Origin: Eledone cirrhosa
Lineage: Eukaryota
Length of the DNA stretch: 64,000 nt
NCBI GenBank assembly: GCA_964016885.1
Contig: OZ024740.1
Location: 9,734,001 to 9,798,000 of the forward strand
Direction: 5' to 3'
A program made the translations under genes and the position numbers. The notes below the pieces were generated by a model. That model ran no database searches. It worked only from the letters and a program-made list of their open reading frames with translations, and was not told the DNA's origin. Of the stretch, positions 9,001-22,800 are shown piece after piece (the stretch's first letter is position 1; every line of letters starts with the position of its first letter).

Positions 9001-12000
9001 GGTATTGGTGGTAGTCTTGTGGTTGATGTGACCACTGGTCATCTGGTTTAGGCTTGTCACCAGACTGAGAGAGGGGTGCTGGTGGTAGTCGTGTGGTTGA
9101 TGTGACCACTGGTCATCTGGTTTAGGCTTGTCACCAGACTGAGAGAGAGGTGCTGGTGGTAGTCGTGTGGTTGATGTGACCACTGGTCATCTGGTTTAGG
9201 CTTGTCACCAGACTGAGAGAGGGGTGCTGGTGATAGTCTTGTGGTTGATGTGACCACTGGTCATCTGGTTTAGGCTTGTCACCAGACTGAGAGAGAGGTG
9301 CTGGTGGTAGTCGTGTGGTTGATGTGACTACTGGTCATCTGGTTTAGGCTTGTCACCAGACTGAGAGAGGGTTACTGGTGGTAGTCTTGTGGTTGATGTG
9401 ACCTCTGGTCATCTGGTTTAGGCTTGTCACCAGACTGAGAGAGGGTTACTGGTGGTAGTCTTGTGGTTGGTGTGACCTCTGGTCATCTGGTTTAGGCTTG
9501 TCACCAGACTGAGAGAGAGGTGCTGGTGTTAGTCGTGTGGTTGATGTGACCACTGGTCATCTGGTTTAGGTTTGTCACCAGACTGAGAGAGGGGTGCTGG
9601 TGGTAGTCTTGCGGTTGATGTGACCACTGGTCATCTAGTCTAAGTTTGTCACCAGACTGAGAGAGAGGTGCTGGTGGTAGTCGTGTGGTTGATGTGATCT
9701 CTGGTCATCTGGTTTAGGCTTGTCACCAGACTGAGAGAGGGGTGCTGGTGGTAGTCTTGCGGTTGATGTGACCACTGGTCATCTAGTCTAGGTTTGTCAC
9801 CAGACTGAGAGATAGGTGCTGGTGGTAGTCTTGTGGTTGATGTGACCTCTGGTCATCTGGTTTAGGCTTGTCACCAGACTGAGAGAGGGTTACTGGTGGT
9901 AGTCTTGTGGTTGGTGTGACCTCTGGTCATCTGGTTTAGGCTTGTCACCAGACTGAGAGAGAGGTGCTGGTGTTAGTCGTGTGGTTGATGTGACCACTGG
10001 TCATCTGGTTTAGGTATGTTTACCAGACTGAGAGAGGGGTGCTGGTTGTAGTCTTGTGGTTGATGTGACCACTGGTCATCTGGTTTAGGTTTGTCACCAT
10101 ACTGAGAGAGGGGTGCTTGTGGTAGTCTTGTGGTTGATGTGACCACTGGTCATCTGGTTTAGGTTTGTCACCATACTGAGAGAGGGGTGCTGGTGGTAGT
10201 CTTGTGGTTGATGTGACCACTGGTCAACTTGTTTAGGTTTGTCACCAGACTGAGAAAGGGGTGCTGGTGATAGTCTTGTGGTTGATGTGACCACTGGTCA
10301 TCTGGTTTAGGTTTGTCACCAGACTGAGAAAGGGGTGCTGGTGGTAGTCTTGTGGTTGACGTGACCACTGGTCATCTGGTTTAGGCTTGTCACCAGACTG
10401 AGAGAGGGGTGCTGGTGGTAGTCTTGTGGTTGATGTGACCACTGGTCATCTGGTTTAGGCTTGTCACCAGACTGAGAGAGGGGTGCTGGTGGTAGTCGTG
10501 TGGTTGATGTGACCACTGGTCATCTGGTTTAGGCTTGTCACCAGACTGAGAGAGAGGTGCTGGTGGTAGTCTTGCGGTTGATGTGACCACTGGTCATCTG
10601 GTTTAGGCTTGTCACCAGACTGAGAGAGAGGTATTGGTGGTAGTCTTGTGGTTGATGTGACCACTGGTCATCTGGTTTAGGCTTGTCACCAGACTGAGAG
10701 AGGGGTGCTGGTGGTAGTCGTGTGGTTGATGTGACCACTGGTCATCTGGTTTAGGCTTGTCACCAGACTGAGAGAGAGGTGCTGGTGGTAGTCTTGCGGT
10801 TGATGTGACCACTGGTCATCTGGTTTAGGCTTGTCACCAGACTGAGAGAGAGGTATTGGTGGTAGTCTTGTGGTTGATGTGACCACTGGTCATCTGGTTT
10901 AGGCTTGTCACCAGACTGAGAGAGAGGTGCTGGTGGTAGTCGTGTGGTTGATGTGACCACTGGTCATCTGGTTTAGGCTTGTCACCAGACTGAGAGAGGG
11001 GTGCTGGTGGTAGTCTTGTGGTTGATGTGACCACTGGTCATCTGGTTTAGGCTTGTCACCAGACTGAGAGAGGGGTGCTGGTGATAGTCTTGTGGTTGAT
11101 GTGACCACTGGTCATCTGGTTTAGGCTTGTCACCAGACTGAGAGAGGGTTACTGGTGGTAGTCTTGTGGTTGATGTGACCTCTGGTCATCTGGTTTAGGC
11201 TTGTCACCAGACTGAGAGAGGGTTACTGGTGGTAGTCTTGTGGTTGATGTGACCACTGGTCATCTGGTTTAGGCTTGTCACCAGACTGAGAGAGGGGTGC
11301 TGGTGATAGTCTTGTGGTTGATGTGACCACTGGTCATCTGGTTTAGGCTTGTCACCAGACTGAGAGAGAGGTGCTGGTGGTAGTCGTGTGGTTGATGTGA
11401 CTACTGGTCATCTGGTTTAGGCTTGTCACCAGACTGAGAGAGGGTTACTGGTGGTAGTCTTGTGGTTGATGTGACCTCTGGTCATCTGGTTTAGGCTTGT
11501 CACCAGACTGAGAGAGGGTTACTGGTGGTAGTCTTGTGGTTGGTGTGACCTCTGGTCATCTGGTTTAGGCTTGTCACCAGACTGAGAGAGAGGTGCTGGT
11601 GGTAGTCGTGTGGTTGATGTGATCTCTGGTCATCTGGTTTAGGCTTGTCACCAGACTGAGAGAGGGGTGCTGGTGGTAGTCTTGCGGTTGATGTGACCAC
11701 TGGTCATCTAGTCTAGGTTTGTCACCAGACTGAGAGATAGGTGCTGGTGGTAGTCTTGTGGTTGATGTGACCTCTGGTCATCTGGTTTAGGCTTGTCACC
11801 AGACTGAGAGAGAGGTGCTGGTGTTAGTCGTGTGGTTGATGTGACCTCTGGTCATCTGGTTTAGGTATGTTTACCAGACTGAGAGAGGGGTGCTGGTTGT
11901 AGTCTTGTGGTTGATGTGACCACTGGTCATCTGGTTTAGGTTTGTCACCATACTGAGAGAGGGGTGCTTGTGGTAGTCTTGTGGTTGATGTGACCACTGG

Positions 12001-15000
12001 TCATCTGGTTTAGGTTTGTCACCATACTGAGAGAGGGGTGCTGGTGGTAGTCTTGTGGTTGATGTGACCACTGGTCAACTTGTTTAGGTTTGTCACCAGA
12101 CTGAGAAAGGGGTGCTGGTGATAGTCTTGTGGTTGATGTGACCACTGGTCATCTGGTTTAGGTTTGTCACCAGACTGAGAAAGGGGTGCTGGTGGTAGTC
12201 TTGTGGTTGACGTGACCACTGGTCATCTGGTTTAGGCTTGTCACCAGACTGAGAGAGAAGTGCTGGTGGTAGTCTTGTGGTTGATGTGACCACTGGTCAT
12301 CTGGTTTAGGCTTGTCACCAGACTGAGAGAGGGGTGCTGGTGGTAGTCGTGTGGTTGATGTGACCACTGGTCATCTGGTTTAGGCTTGTCACCAGACTGA
12401 GAGAGAGGTGCTGGTGGTAGTCTTGCGGTTGATGTGACCACTGGTCATCTGGTTTAGGCTTGTCACCAGACTGGGCGAGAGGTATTGGTGGTAGTCTTGT
12501 GGTTGATGTGACCACTGGTCATCTGGTTTAGGCTTGTCACCAGACTGAGAGAGAGGTGCTGGTGGTAGTCGTGTGGTTGATGTGACCACTGGTCATCTGG
12601 TTTAGGCTTGTCACCAGACTGAGAGAGAGGTGCTGGTGGTAGTCGTGTGGTTGATGTGACCACTGGTCATCTGGTTTAGGCTTGTCACCAGACTGAGAGA
12701 GGGGTGCTGGTGATAGTCTTGTGGTTGATGTGACCACTGGTCATCTGGTTTAGGCTTGTCACCAGACTGAGAGAGAGGTGCTGGTGGTAGTCGTGTGGTT
12801 GATGTGATCTCTGGTCATCTGGTTTAGGCTTGTCACCAGACTGAGAGAGGGGTGCTGGTGGTAGTCTTGCGGTTGATGTGACCACTGTTCATCTAGTCTA
12901 GGTTTGTCACCAGACTGAGAGAGAGGTGCTGGTGGTAGTCTTGTGGTTGATGTGACCACTGGTCATCTGGTTTAGGCTTGTCACCAGACTGAGAGAGAGG
13001 TGCTGGTGGTAGTCGTGTGGTTGATGTGATCTCTGGTCATCTAGTCTAGGTTTGTCACCAGACTGAGAGAGAGGTGCTGGTGGTAGTCTTGCGGTTGATG
13101 TGACCACTGTTCATCTAGTCTAGGTTTGTCACCAGACTGAGAGAGAGGTGCTGGTGGTAGTCTTGCGGTTGATGTGACCACTGGTCATCTGGTTTAGGTA
13201 TGTTTACCAGACTGAGAGAGGGGTGCTGGTGGTAGTCTTGCCGTTGATGTGACCACTGTTCATCTAGTCTAGGTTTGTCACCAGACTGAGAGAGAGGTGC
13301 TGGTGGTAGTCTTGCGGTTGATGTGACCACTGGTCATCTGGTTTAGGTTTGTCACCATACTGAGAGAGGGGTGCTTGTGGTAGTCTTGCGGTTGATGTGA
13401 CCACTGGTCATCTGGTTTAGGCTTGTCACCAGACTGAGAAAGGGGTGCTGGTGGTAGTCTTGGGGTTGATGTGACCTCTGGTTATCTGGCTTAGGCTTGT
13501 CACCAGACTGAGAGAGAGGTATTGGTGGTAGTCTTGTGGTTGATGTGACCACTGGTCATCTGGTTTAGGCTTGTCACCAGACTGAGAGAGAGGTGCTGGT
13601 GGTAGTCGTGTGGTTGATGTGACCACTGGTCATCTGGTTTAGGCTTGTCACCAGACTGAGAAAGGGGTGCTGGTGGTAGTCTTGGGGTTGATGTGACCTC
13701 TGGTTATCTGGCTTAGGCTTGTCACCAGACTGAGAGAGAGGTATTGGTGGTAGTCTTGTGGTTGATGTGACCACTGGTCATCTGGTTTAGGCTTGTCACC
13801 AGACTGAGAGAGAGGTGCTGGTGGTAGTCGTGTGGTTGATGTGACCACTGGTCATCTGGTTTAGGCTTGTCACCAGACTGAGAGAGGGGTGCTGATGATA
13901 GTCTTGTGGTTGATGTGACCACTGGTCATCTGGTTTAGGCTTGTCACCAGACTGAGAGAGAGGTGCTGGTGGTAGTCGTGTGGTTGATGTGATCTCTGGT
14001 CATCTGGTTTAGGCTTGTCACCAGACTGAGAGAGAGGTGCTGGTGGTAGTCTTGTGGTTGATGTGACCACTGGTCATCTGGTCTAGGTTTGTCACCAGAC
14101 TGAGAGAGGGGTGCTGATGATAGTCTTGTGGTTGATGTGACCACTGGTCATCTGGTTTAGGCTTGTCACCAGACTGAGAGAGAGGTGCTGGTGGTAGTCG
14201 TGTGGTTGATGTGATCTCTGGTCATCTGGTTTAGGCTTGTCACCAGACTGAGAGAGAGGTGCTGGTGGTAGTCTTGCGGTTGATGTGACCACTGTTCATC
14301 TAGTCTAGGTTTGTCACAAGACTGAGAAAGGGGTGCTGGTGGTAGTCTTGCGGTTGATGTGACCACTGGTCATCTGGTTTAGGCTTGTCACCAGACTGAG
14401 AGAGGGGTGCTGGTGGTAGTCGTGTGGTTGATGTGACCACTGTTCATCTAGTCTAGGTTTGTCACCAGACTGAGAGAGGGGTGCTGGTGGTAGTCGTGTG
14501 GTTGATGTGACCACTGGTCATCTGGTTTAGGCTTGTCACCAGACTGAGAGAGAGGTGCTGGTGTTAGTCGTGTGGTTGATGTGACCACTGGTCATCTGGT
14601 TTAGGCTTGTCACCAGACTGAGAGAGAGGTGCTGGTGTTAGTCTTGTGGTTGATGTGACCACTGGTCATCTAGTCTAGGTTTGTCACCAGACTGAGAGAG
14701 AGGTGCTGGTGGTAGTCGTGTGGTTGATGTGACCTCTGGTCATCTGGTTTAGGCTTGTCACCAGACTGAGAGAGAGGTGCTGGTGGTAGTCTTGTGGTTG
14801 ATGTGACCACTGGTCATCTGGTTTAGGCTTGTCACCAGACTGAGAAAGGGGTGCTGATGGTAGTCTTGTGGTTGATGTGACCACTGGTCATCTGGTTTAG
14901 GCTTGTCACCAGACTGAGAGAGGGGTGCTGGTGGTAGTCTTGTGGTTGATGTGACCACTGGTCATCTAGTATAGGTTTGTCACCAAACTGAGAGAGAGGT

Positions 15001-15433
15001 GCTGGTGGTAGTCGTGTGGTTGATGTGACCACTGGTCATCTGGTTTAGGTTTGTCACCAGACTGAGAGAGGGGTGCTGGTGGTAGTCGTGTGGTTGATGT
15101 AACCACTGGTCATCTGGTTTAGGTTTGTCACCACACTGAGAGAGGGGTGCTGGTGGTAGTCTTGTGGTTGATGTGACCACTGGTCATCTGGTGTAGGTTT
15201 GTCACCAGACTGAGAGAGGGGTGCTGGTGATAGTCTTGTGGTTGATGTGACCACTGGTCATCTGGTTTAGGTTTGTCACCAGACTGAGAGAGGGGTGCTG
15301 GTGGTAGTCGTGTGGTTGATGTAACCACTGGTCATCTGGTTTAGGTTTGTCACCAGACTGAGAGAGGGGTGCTGGTGGTAGTCGTGTGGTTGATGTGACC
15401 ACTGGTCATCTGGTTTAGGTTTGTCACCAGACT

Positions 15434-15447
15434 GAGAGAGAGAGAGA
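15434..15447 (+). repeat. Expanded (GA)7 microsatellite inside a monomer (82-bp unit); (GA)6 versions at ~3437 and ~23138 (80-bp units)
   Basis: 'ctgagagagagagagagggg' versus the usual 'ctgagagagggg'. Period shifts of +8, +6 and +6 appear in the ORF track. Confidence 0.93.
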
Positions 15448-17099
15448 GGGGTGCTGGTGGTAGTCTTGTGGTTGATGTGACCTCTGGTCATCTGGTTTAG
15501 GCTTGTCACCAGACTGAGAGAGAGGTGCTCGAGGTAGTCATGTGGTTGATGTGACCACTGGTCATCTGGTTTAGGCTTGTCACCAGACTGAGAGAGGGGT
15601 GCTGGGAGTAGTCTTGTGGTTGATGTGACCACTGGTCATCTGATTTAGGCTTGTCACCAGACTGAGAGAGGGGTGCTGGTGGTAGTCTTGTGGTTGATGT
15701 GACCACTGGTTATCTGGTTTAGGCTTGTCACCAGACTGAGAGAGGGGTGCTGGTGGTAGTCTTGTGGTTGATTTGACCACTGGTCATCTGGTTTAAGCTT
15801 GTCACCAGACTGAGAGTGGGGTGCTGGTGGTAGTCTTGTGGTTGATGTGACCACTGGTCATCTGGTTTAGGCTTGTCACCAGACTGAGAGAGGGGTGCTG
15901 GTGGTAGTCTTGTGGTTGATGTGACCACTGGTCATCTGGTTTAGGCTTGTCACCAGACTGAGAGAGGGGTGCTGGTGGTAGTCTTGTGGTTGATGTGACC
16001 ACTGGTCATCTGGTTTAGGCTTGTCACCAGACTGAGAGAGAGGTGCTGGTGGTAGTCTTGTGGTTGATGTGACCACTGGTCATCTGGTTTAGGCTTGTCA
16101 CCAGACTGAGAGAGAGGTGCTGGTGGTAGTCGTGTGGTTGATGTGACCACTGGTCATCTAGTTTAGGCTTGTCACCAGACTGAGAGAGAGGTGCTGGTGG
16201 TAGTCGTGTGGTTGATGTGACCACTGGTCATCTGGTTTAGGCTTGTCACCAGACTGAGAGAGGGGTGCTGGTGATAGTCTTGTGGTTGATGTGACCACTG
16301 GTCATCTGGTTTAGGCTTGTCACCAGACTGAGAGAGAGGTGCTGGTGGTAGTCGTGTGGTTGATGTGACTACTGGTCATCTGGTTTAGGCTTGTCACCAG
16401 ACTGAGAGAGGGTTACTGGTGGTAGTCTTGTGGTTGATGTGACCTCTGGTCATCTGGTTTAGGCTTGTCACCAGACTGAGAGAGGGTTACTGGTGGTAGT
16501 CTTGTGGTTGATGTGACCTCTGGTCATCTGGTTTAGGCTTGTCACCAGACTGAGAGAGAGGTGCTGGTGGTAGTCGTGTGGTTGATGTGACTACTGGTCA
16601 TCTGGTTTAGGCTTGTCACCAGACTGAGAGAGGGGTGCTGGTGGTAGTATTGTGGTTGGTGTGACCTCTGGTCATCTGGTTTAGGCTTGTCACCAGACTG
16701 AGAGAGGGGTGCTGGTGGTAGTCTTGCAGTTGATGTGACCACTGGTCATCTAGTCTAGGTTTGTCACCAGACTGAGAGAGAGGTGCTGGTGGTAGTCGTG
16801 TGGTTGATGTGATCTCTGGTCATCTGGTTTAGGCTTGTCACCAGACTGAGAGTAGGGTGCTGGTGGTAGTCTTGTGGTTGGTGTGACCTCTGGTCATCTG
16901 GTTTAGGCTTGTCACCAGACTGAGAGAGGGGTGCTGGTGGTAGTCTTGCAGTTGATGTGACCACTGGTCATCTAGTCTAGGTTTGTCACCAGACTGAGAG
17001 AGAGGTGCTGGTGGTAGTCGTGTGGTTGATGTGATCTCTGGTCATCTGGTTTAGGCTTGTCACCAGACTGAGAGAGGGGTGCTGGTGGTAGTCTTGCGG

Positions 17100-20000
17100 T
17101 TGATGTGACCACTGGTCATCTAGTCTAGGTTTGTAACCAGACTGAGAGAGAGGTGCTGGTGGTAGTCTTGCGGTTGATGTGACCACTGGTCATCTGGTTT
17201 AGGTATGTTTACCAGACTGAGAGAGGGGTGCTGGTTGTAGTCTTGTGGTTGATGTGACCACTGGTCATCTGGTTTAGGTTTGTCACCATACTGAGAGAGG
17301 GGTGCTTGTGGTAGTCTTGTGGTTGATGTGACCACTGGTCATCTGGTTTAGGTTTGTCACCATACTGAGAGAGGGGTGCTAGTGGTAGTCTTGTGGTTGA
17401 TGTGACCACTGGTCAACTGGTTTAGGTTTGTCACCAGACTGAGAAAGGGGTGCTGGTGATAGTCTTGTGGTTGATGTGACCACTGGTCATCTGGTTTAGG
17501 TTTGTCACCAGACTGAGAAAGGGGTGCTGGTGGTAGTCTTGTGGTTGACGTGACCACTGGTCATCTAGTTTAGGCTTGTCACCAGACTGAGAGAGAAGTG
17601 CTGGTGGTAGTCTTGTGGTTGATGTGACCACTGGTCATCTGGTTTAGGCTTGTCACCAGACTGAGAGAGAGGTGCTGGTGGTAGTCTTGTGGTTGATGTG
17701 ACCACTGGTCATCTGGTTTAGGCTTGTCACCAGAGTGAGAAAGGGGTGCTGGTGGTAGTCTTGTGGTTGATGTGACCACTGGTCATCTGGTTTAAGCTTG
17801 TCACCAGACTGAGAAAGGGGTGCTGGTGGTAGTCTTTTGGTTGATGTGACCACTGGTCATCTGGTCTAGGCTTGTCACCAGACTGAGAGTGGGGTGCTGG
17901 TGGTAGTCTTGTGGTTGATGTGACCACTGGTCATCTGGTTTAGGCTTGTCACCAGACTGAGAGAGAAGTGCTGGTGGTAGTCTTGTGGTTGATGTGACCA
18001 CTGGTCATCTGGTTTAGGCTTGTCACCAGACTGAGAGAGGTGCTGGTGGTAGTCTTGTGGTTGATGTGACCACTGGTCATATGGTCTAAGCTTGTCACCA
18101 GACTGAGAAAGGGATGCTGGTGGTAGTCTTGTGGTTGATGTGACCACTGGTCATCTAGTATAGGTTTGTCACCAAACTGAGAGAGAGGTGTTGGTGGTAG
18201 TCGTGTGGTTGATGTGACCACTGGTCATCTGGTTTAGGTTTGTCACCAGACTGAGAGAGGGGTGCTGGTGGTAGTCGTGTGGTTGATGTAACCACTGGTC
18301 ATCTGGTTTAGGTTTGTCACCACACTGAGAGAGGGGTGCTGGTGGTAGTCTTGTGGTTGATGTGACCACTGGTCATCTGGTGTAGGTTTGTCACCAGACT
18401 GAGAGAGGGGTGCTGGTGATAGTCTTGTGGTTGATGTGACCACTGGTCATCTGGTTTAGGTTTGTTACCAGACTGAGAGAGAGGTGCTGGTGGTTGTCGT
18501 GTGGTTGATGTGACCTCTGGTCATCTGGTTTAGGCTTGTCACCAGACTGAGAGAGAGGTGCTGGTGGTAGTCTTGTGGTTGATGTGACCACTGGTCATCT
18601 GGTTTAGGCTTGTCACCAGACTGAGAAAGGGGTGCTGATGGTAGTCTTGTGGTTGATGTGACCACTGGTCATCTGGTCTAGGCTTGTCACCAGACTGAGA
18701 GAGAGGTGCTGGTGGTAGTCTTGTGGTTGATGTGACCACTGGTCATATGGTTTAGGCTTGTCACTAGACTGAGAGCGGGTGCTGGTGGTAGTCTTGTGGT
18801 TGATGTGACCACTGGTCATCTGGTTTAGGCTTGTCACCAGACTGAGAAAGGGGTGCTGGTGGTATTCTTGGGGTTGATGTGACCTCTGGTCATCTGGCTT
18901 AGGCTTCTCACCAGACTGAGAGAGAGGTATTGGTGGTAGTCTTGTGGTTGATGTGACAACTGGTCATATGGTCTAGGCTTGTCACCAGACTGAGAAAGGG
19001 GTGCTGGTGGTAGTCTTGTGGTTGATGTGACCACTGGTCATCTGGTTTAGGCTTGTCACCATACTGAGAGAGGGGTGCTGGTGGTAGTCTTGTGGTTGAT
19101 GTGACCACTGGTCATCTAGTATAGGTTTGTCACCAAACTGAGAGAGAGGTGCTGGTGGTAGTCGTGTGGTTGATGTGACCACTGGTCATCTGGTTTAGGT
19201 TTGTCACCAGACTGAGAGAGGGGTGCTGGTGGTAGTCGTGTGGTTGATGTAACCACTGGTCATCTGGTTTAGGTTTGTCACCACACTGAGAGAGGGGTGC
19301 TGGTGGTTGTCTTGTGGTTGATGTGACCACTGGTCATCTGGTTTAGGCTTGTCACCAGACTGAGAGAGAGGTGCTGGTGGTAGTCTTGTGGTTTATGTGA
19401 CCTCTGGTCATCTGGTGTAGGTTTGTCACCAGACTGAGAGAGGGGTGCTGGTGATAGTCTTGTGGTTGATGTGACCTCTGGTCATCTGGTTTAGGTTTGT
19501 CACCAGACTGAGAGAGAGGTGCTGGTGGTAGTCGTGTGGTTGATGTGACCACTGGTCATCTGGTTTAGGTTTGTCACCAGACTGAGAGAGGGGTGCTGGT
19601 GGTAGTCTTGTGGTTGATGTGACCACTGGTCATCTGGTTTAGGTTTGTCACCAGACTGAGAGAGGGGTGCTGGGAGTAGTCTTGTGGTTGATGTGACCAC
19701 TGGTCATCTGATTTAGGCTTGTCACCAGACTGAGAGAGAGGTGCTGGTGATAGTCATGTGGTTGATGTGACCACTGGTCATCTGGTTTAGGTTTGTCACC
19801 AGACTGAGAGAGAGGTGCTGGTGGTAGTCTTGTGGTTGATGTGACCACTGGTCATCTGGTTTAAGCTTGTCACCAGACTGAGAGTGGGGTGCTGGTGGTA
19901 GTCTTGTGGTTGATGTGACCACTGGTCATCTGGTTTAGGCTTGTCACCAGACTGAGAGAGGGGTGCTGGTGGTAGTCTTGTGGTTGATGTGACCACTGGT

Positions 20001-22800
20001 CATCTGGTTTAGGCTTGTCACCAGACTGAGAGAGGGGTGCTGGTGGTAGTCTTGTGGTTGATGTGACCACTGGTCATCTGGTTTAGGCTTGTCACCAGAC
20101 TGAGAGAGGGGTGCTGGTGGTAGTCGTGTGGTTGATGTGACCACTGGTCATCTGGTTTAGGCTTGTCACCAGACTGAGAGAGAGGTGCTGGTGGTAGTCT
20201 TGCGGTTGATGTGACCACTGGTCATCTGGTTTAGGCTTGTCACCAGACTGAGAGAGAGGTATTGGTGGTAGTCTTGTGGTTGATGTGACCACTGGTCATC
20301 TGGTTTAGGCTTGTCACCAGACTGAGAGAGAGGTGCTGGTGGTAGTCGTGTGGTTGATGTGACCACTGGTCATCTGGTTTAGGCTTGTCACCAGACTGAG
20401 AGAGAGGTGCTGGTGGTAGTCGTGTGGTTGATGTTACCACTGGTCATCTGGTTTAGGCTTGTCACCAGACTGAGAGAGAGGTGCTGGTGGTAGTCGTGTG
20501 GTTGATGTGACCACTGGTCATCTAGTTTAGGCTTGTCACCAGACTGAGAGAGAGGTATTGGTGGTAGTCTTGTGGTTGATGTGACCACTGGTCATCTGGT
20601 TTAGGCTTGTCACCAGACTGAGAGAGGGTTACTGGTGGTAGTCTTGTGGTTGATGTGACCTCTGGTCATCTGGTTTAGGCTTGTCACCAGACTGAGAGAG
20701 GGTTACTGGTGGTAGTCTTGTGGTTGGTGTGACCTCTGGTCATCTGGTTTAGGCTTGTCACCAGACTGAGAGAGGGGTGCTGGTGGTAGTCTTGCAGTTG
20801 ATGTGACCACTGGTCATCTAGTCTAGGTTTGTCACCAGACTGAGAGAGAGGTGCTGGTGGTAGTCGTGTGGTTGATGTGATCTCTGGTCATCTGGTTTAG
20901 GCTTGTCACCAGACTGAGAGAGGGGTGCTGGTGGTAGTCTTGCGGTTGATGTGACCACTGGTCATCTGGTTTAGGTATGTTTACCAGACTGAGAGAGGGG
21001 TGCTGGTTGTAGTCTTGTGGTTGATGTGACCACTGGTCATCTGGTTTAGGTTTGTCACCATACTGAGAGAGAGGTGCTGGTGGTAGTCTTGCGGTTGATG
21101 TGACCACTGGTCATCTGGTTTAGGTATGTTTACCAGACTGAGAGAGGGGTGCTGGTTGTAGTCTTGTGGTTGATGTGACCACTGGTCATCTAGTCTAGGT
21201 TTGTAACCAGACTGAGAGAGAGGTGCTGGTGGTAGTCTTGCGGTTGATGTGACCACTGGTCATCTGGTTTAGGTATGTTTACCAGACTGAGAGAGGGGTG
21301 CTGGTTGTAGTCTTGTGGTTGATGTGACCACTGGTCATCTGGTTTAGGTTTGTCACCATACTGAGAGAGGGGTGCTTGTGGTAGTCTTGTGGTTGATGTG
21401 ACCACTGGTCATCTGGTTTAGGTTTGTCACCATACTGAGAGAGGGGTGCTAGTGGTAGTCTTGTGGTTGATGTGACCACTGGTCAACTGGTTTAGGTTTG
21501 TCACCAGACTGAGAAAGGGGTGCTGGTGATAGTCTTGTGGTTGATGTGACCACTGGTCATCTGGTTTAGGTTTGTCACCAGACTGAGAAAGGGGTGCTGG
21601 TGGTAGTCTTGTGGTTGACGTGACCACTGGTCATCTAGTTTAGGCTTGTCACCAGACTGAGAGAGAAGTGCTGGTGGTAGTCTTGTGGTTGATGTGACCA
21701 CTGGTCATCTGGTTTAGGCTTGTCACCAGACTGAGAGAGAGGTGCTGGTGGTAGTCTTGTGGTTGATGTGACCACTGGTCATCTGGTTTAGGCTTGTCAC
21801 CAGAGTGAGAAAGGGGTGCTGGTGGTAGTCTTGTGGTTGATGTGACCACTGGTCATCTGGTTTAAGCTTGTCACCAGACTGAGAAAGGGGTGCTGGTGGT
21901 AGTCTTTTGGTTGATGTGACCACTGGTCATCTGGTCTAGGCTTGTCACCAGACTGAGAGTGGGGTGCTGGTGGTAGTCTTGTGGTTGATGTGACCACTGG
22001 TCATCTGGTTTAGGCTTGTCACCAGACTGAGAGAGAGGTGCTGGTGGTAGTCTTGTGGTTGATGTGACCACTGGTCATCTGGTTTAGGCTTGTCACCAGA
22101 CTGAGAAAGGGGTGCTGATGGTAGTCTTGTGGTTGATGTGACCACTGGTCATCTGGTCTAGGCTTGTCACCAGACTGAGAGAGAGGTGCTGGTGGTAGTC
22201 TTGTGGTTGATGTGACCACTGGTCATATGGTTTAGGCTTGTCACTAGACTGAGAGCGGGTGCTGGTGGTAGTCTTGTGGTTGATGTGACCACTGGTCATC
22301 TGGTTTAGGCTTGTCACCAGACTGAGAAAGGGGTGCTGGTGGTATTCTTGGGGTTGATGTGACCTCTGGTCATCTGGCTTAGGCTTCTCACCAGACTGAG
22401 AGAGAGGTATTGGTGGTAGTCTTGTGGTTGATGTGACAACTGGTCATATGGTCTAGGCTTGTCACCAGACTGAGAAAGGGGTGCTGGTGGTAGTCTTGTG
22501 GTTGATGTGACCACTGGTCATCTGGTTTAGGCTTGTCACCATACTGAGAGAGGGGTGCTGGTGGTAGTCTTGTGGTTGATGTGACCACTGGTCATCTAGT
22601 ATAGGTTTGTCACCAAACTGAGAGAGAGGTGCTGGTGGTAGTCTTGTGGTTGATGTGACCACTGGTCATCTGGTTTAGGTTTGTCACCAGACTGAGAGAG
22701 GGGTGCTGGTGGTAGTCGTGTGGTTGATGTAACCACTGGTCATCTGGTTTAGGTTTGTCACCACACTGAGAGAGGGGTGCTGGTGGTAGTCTTGTGGTTT
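17100..22800. repeat. Block copies 17100-17950 / 21170-22020 (offset 4,070) and ~18540-19300 / 22020-22780 (offset 3,480)
   Basis: Markers 'ttgtaaccag' 17131/21201 and 'gctagtgg' ~17378/21448 give the first offset. Markers 'gagagcgggt' 18771/22251, 'aggcttctca' 18901/22381 and 'gtgacaac' 18953/22433 give the second. Confidence 0.9.
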
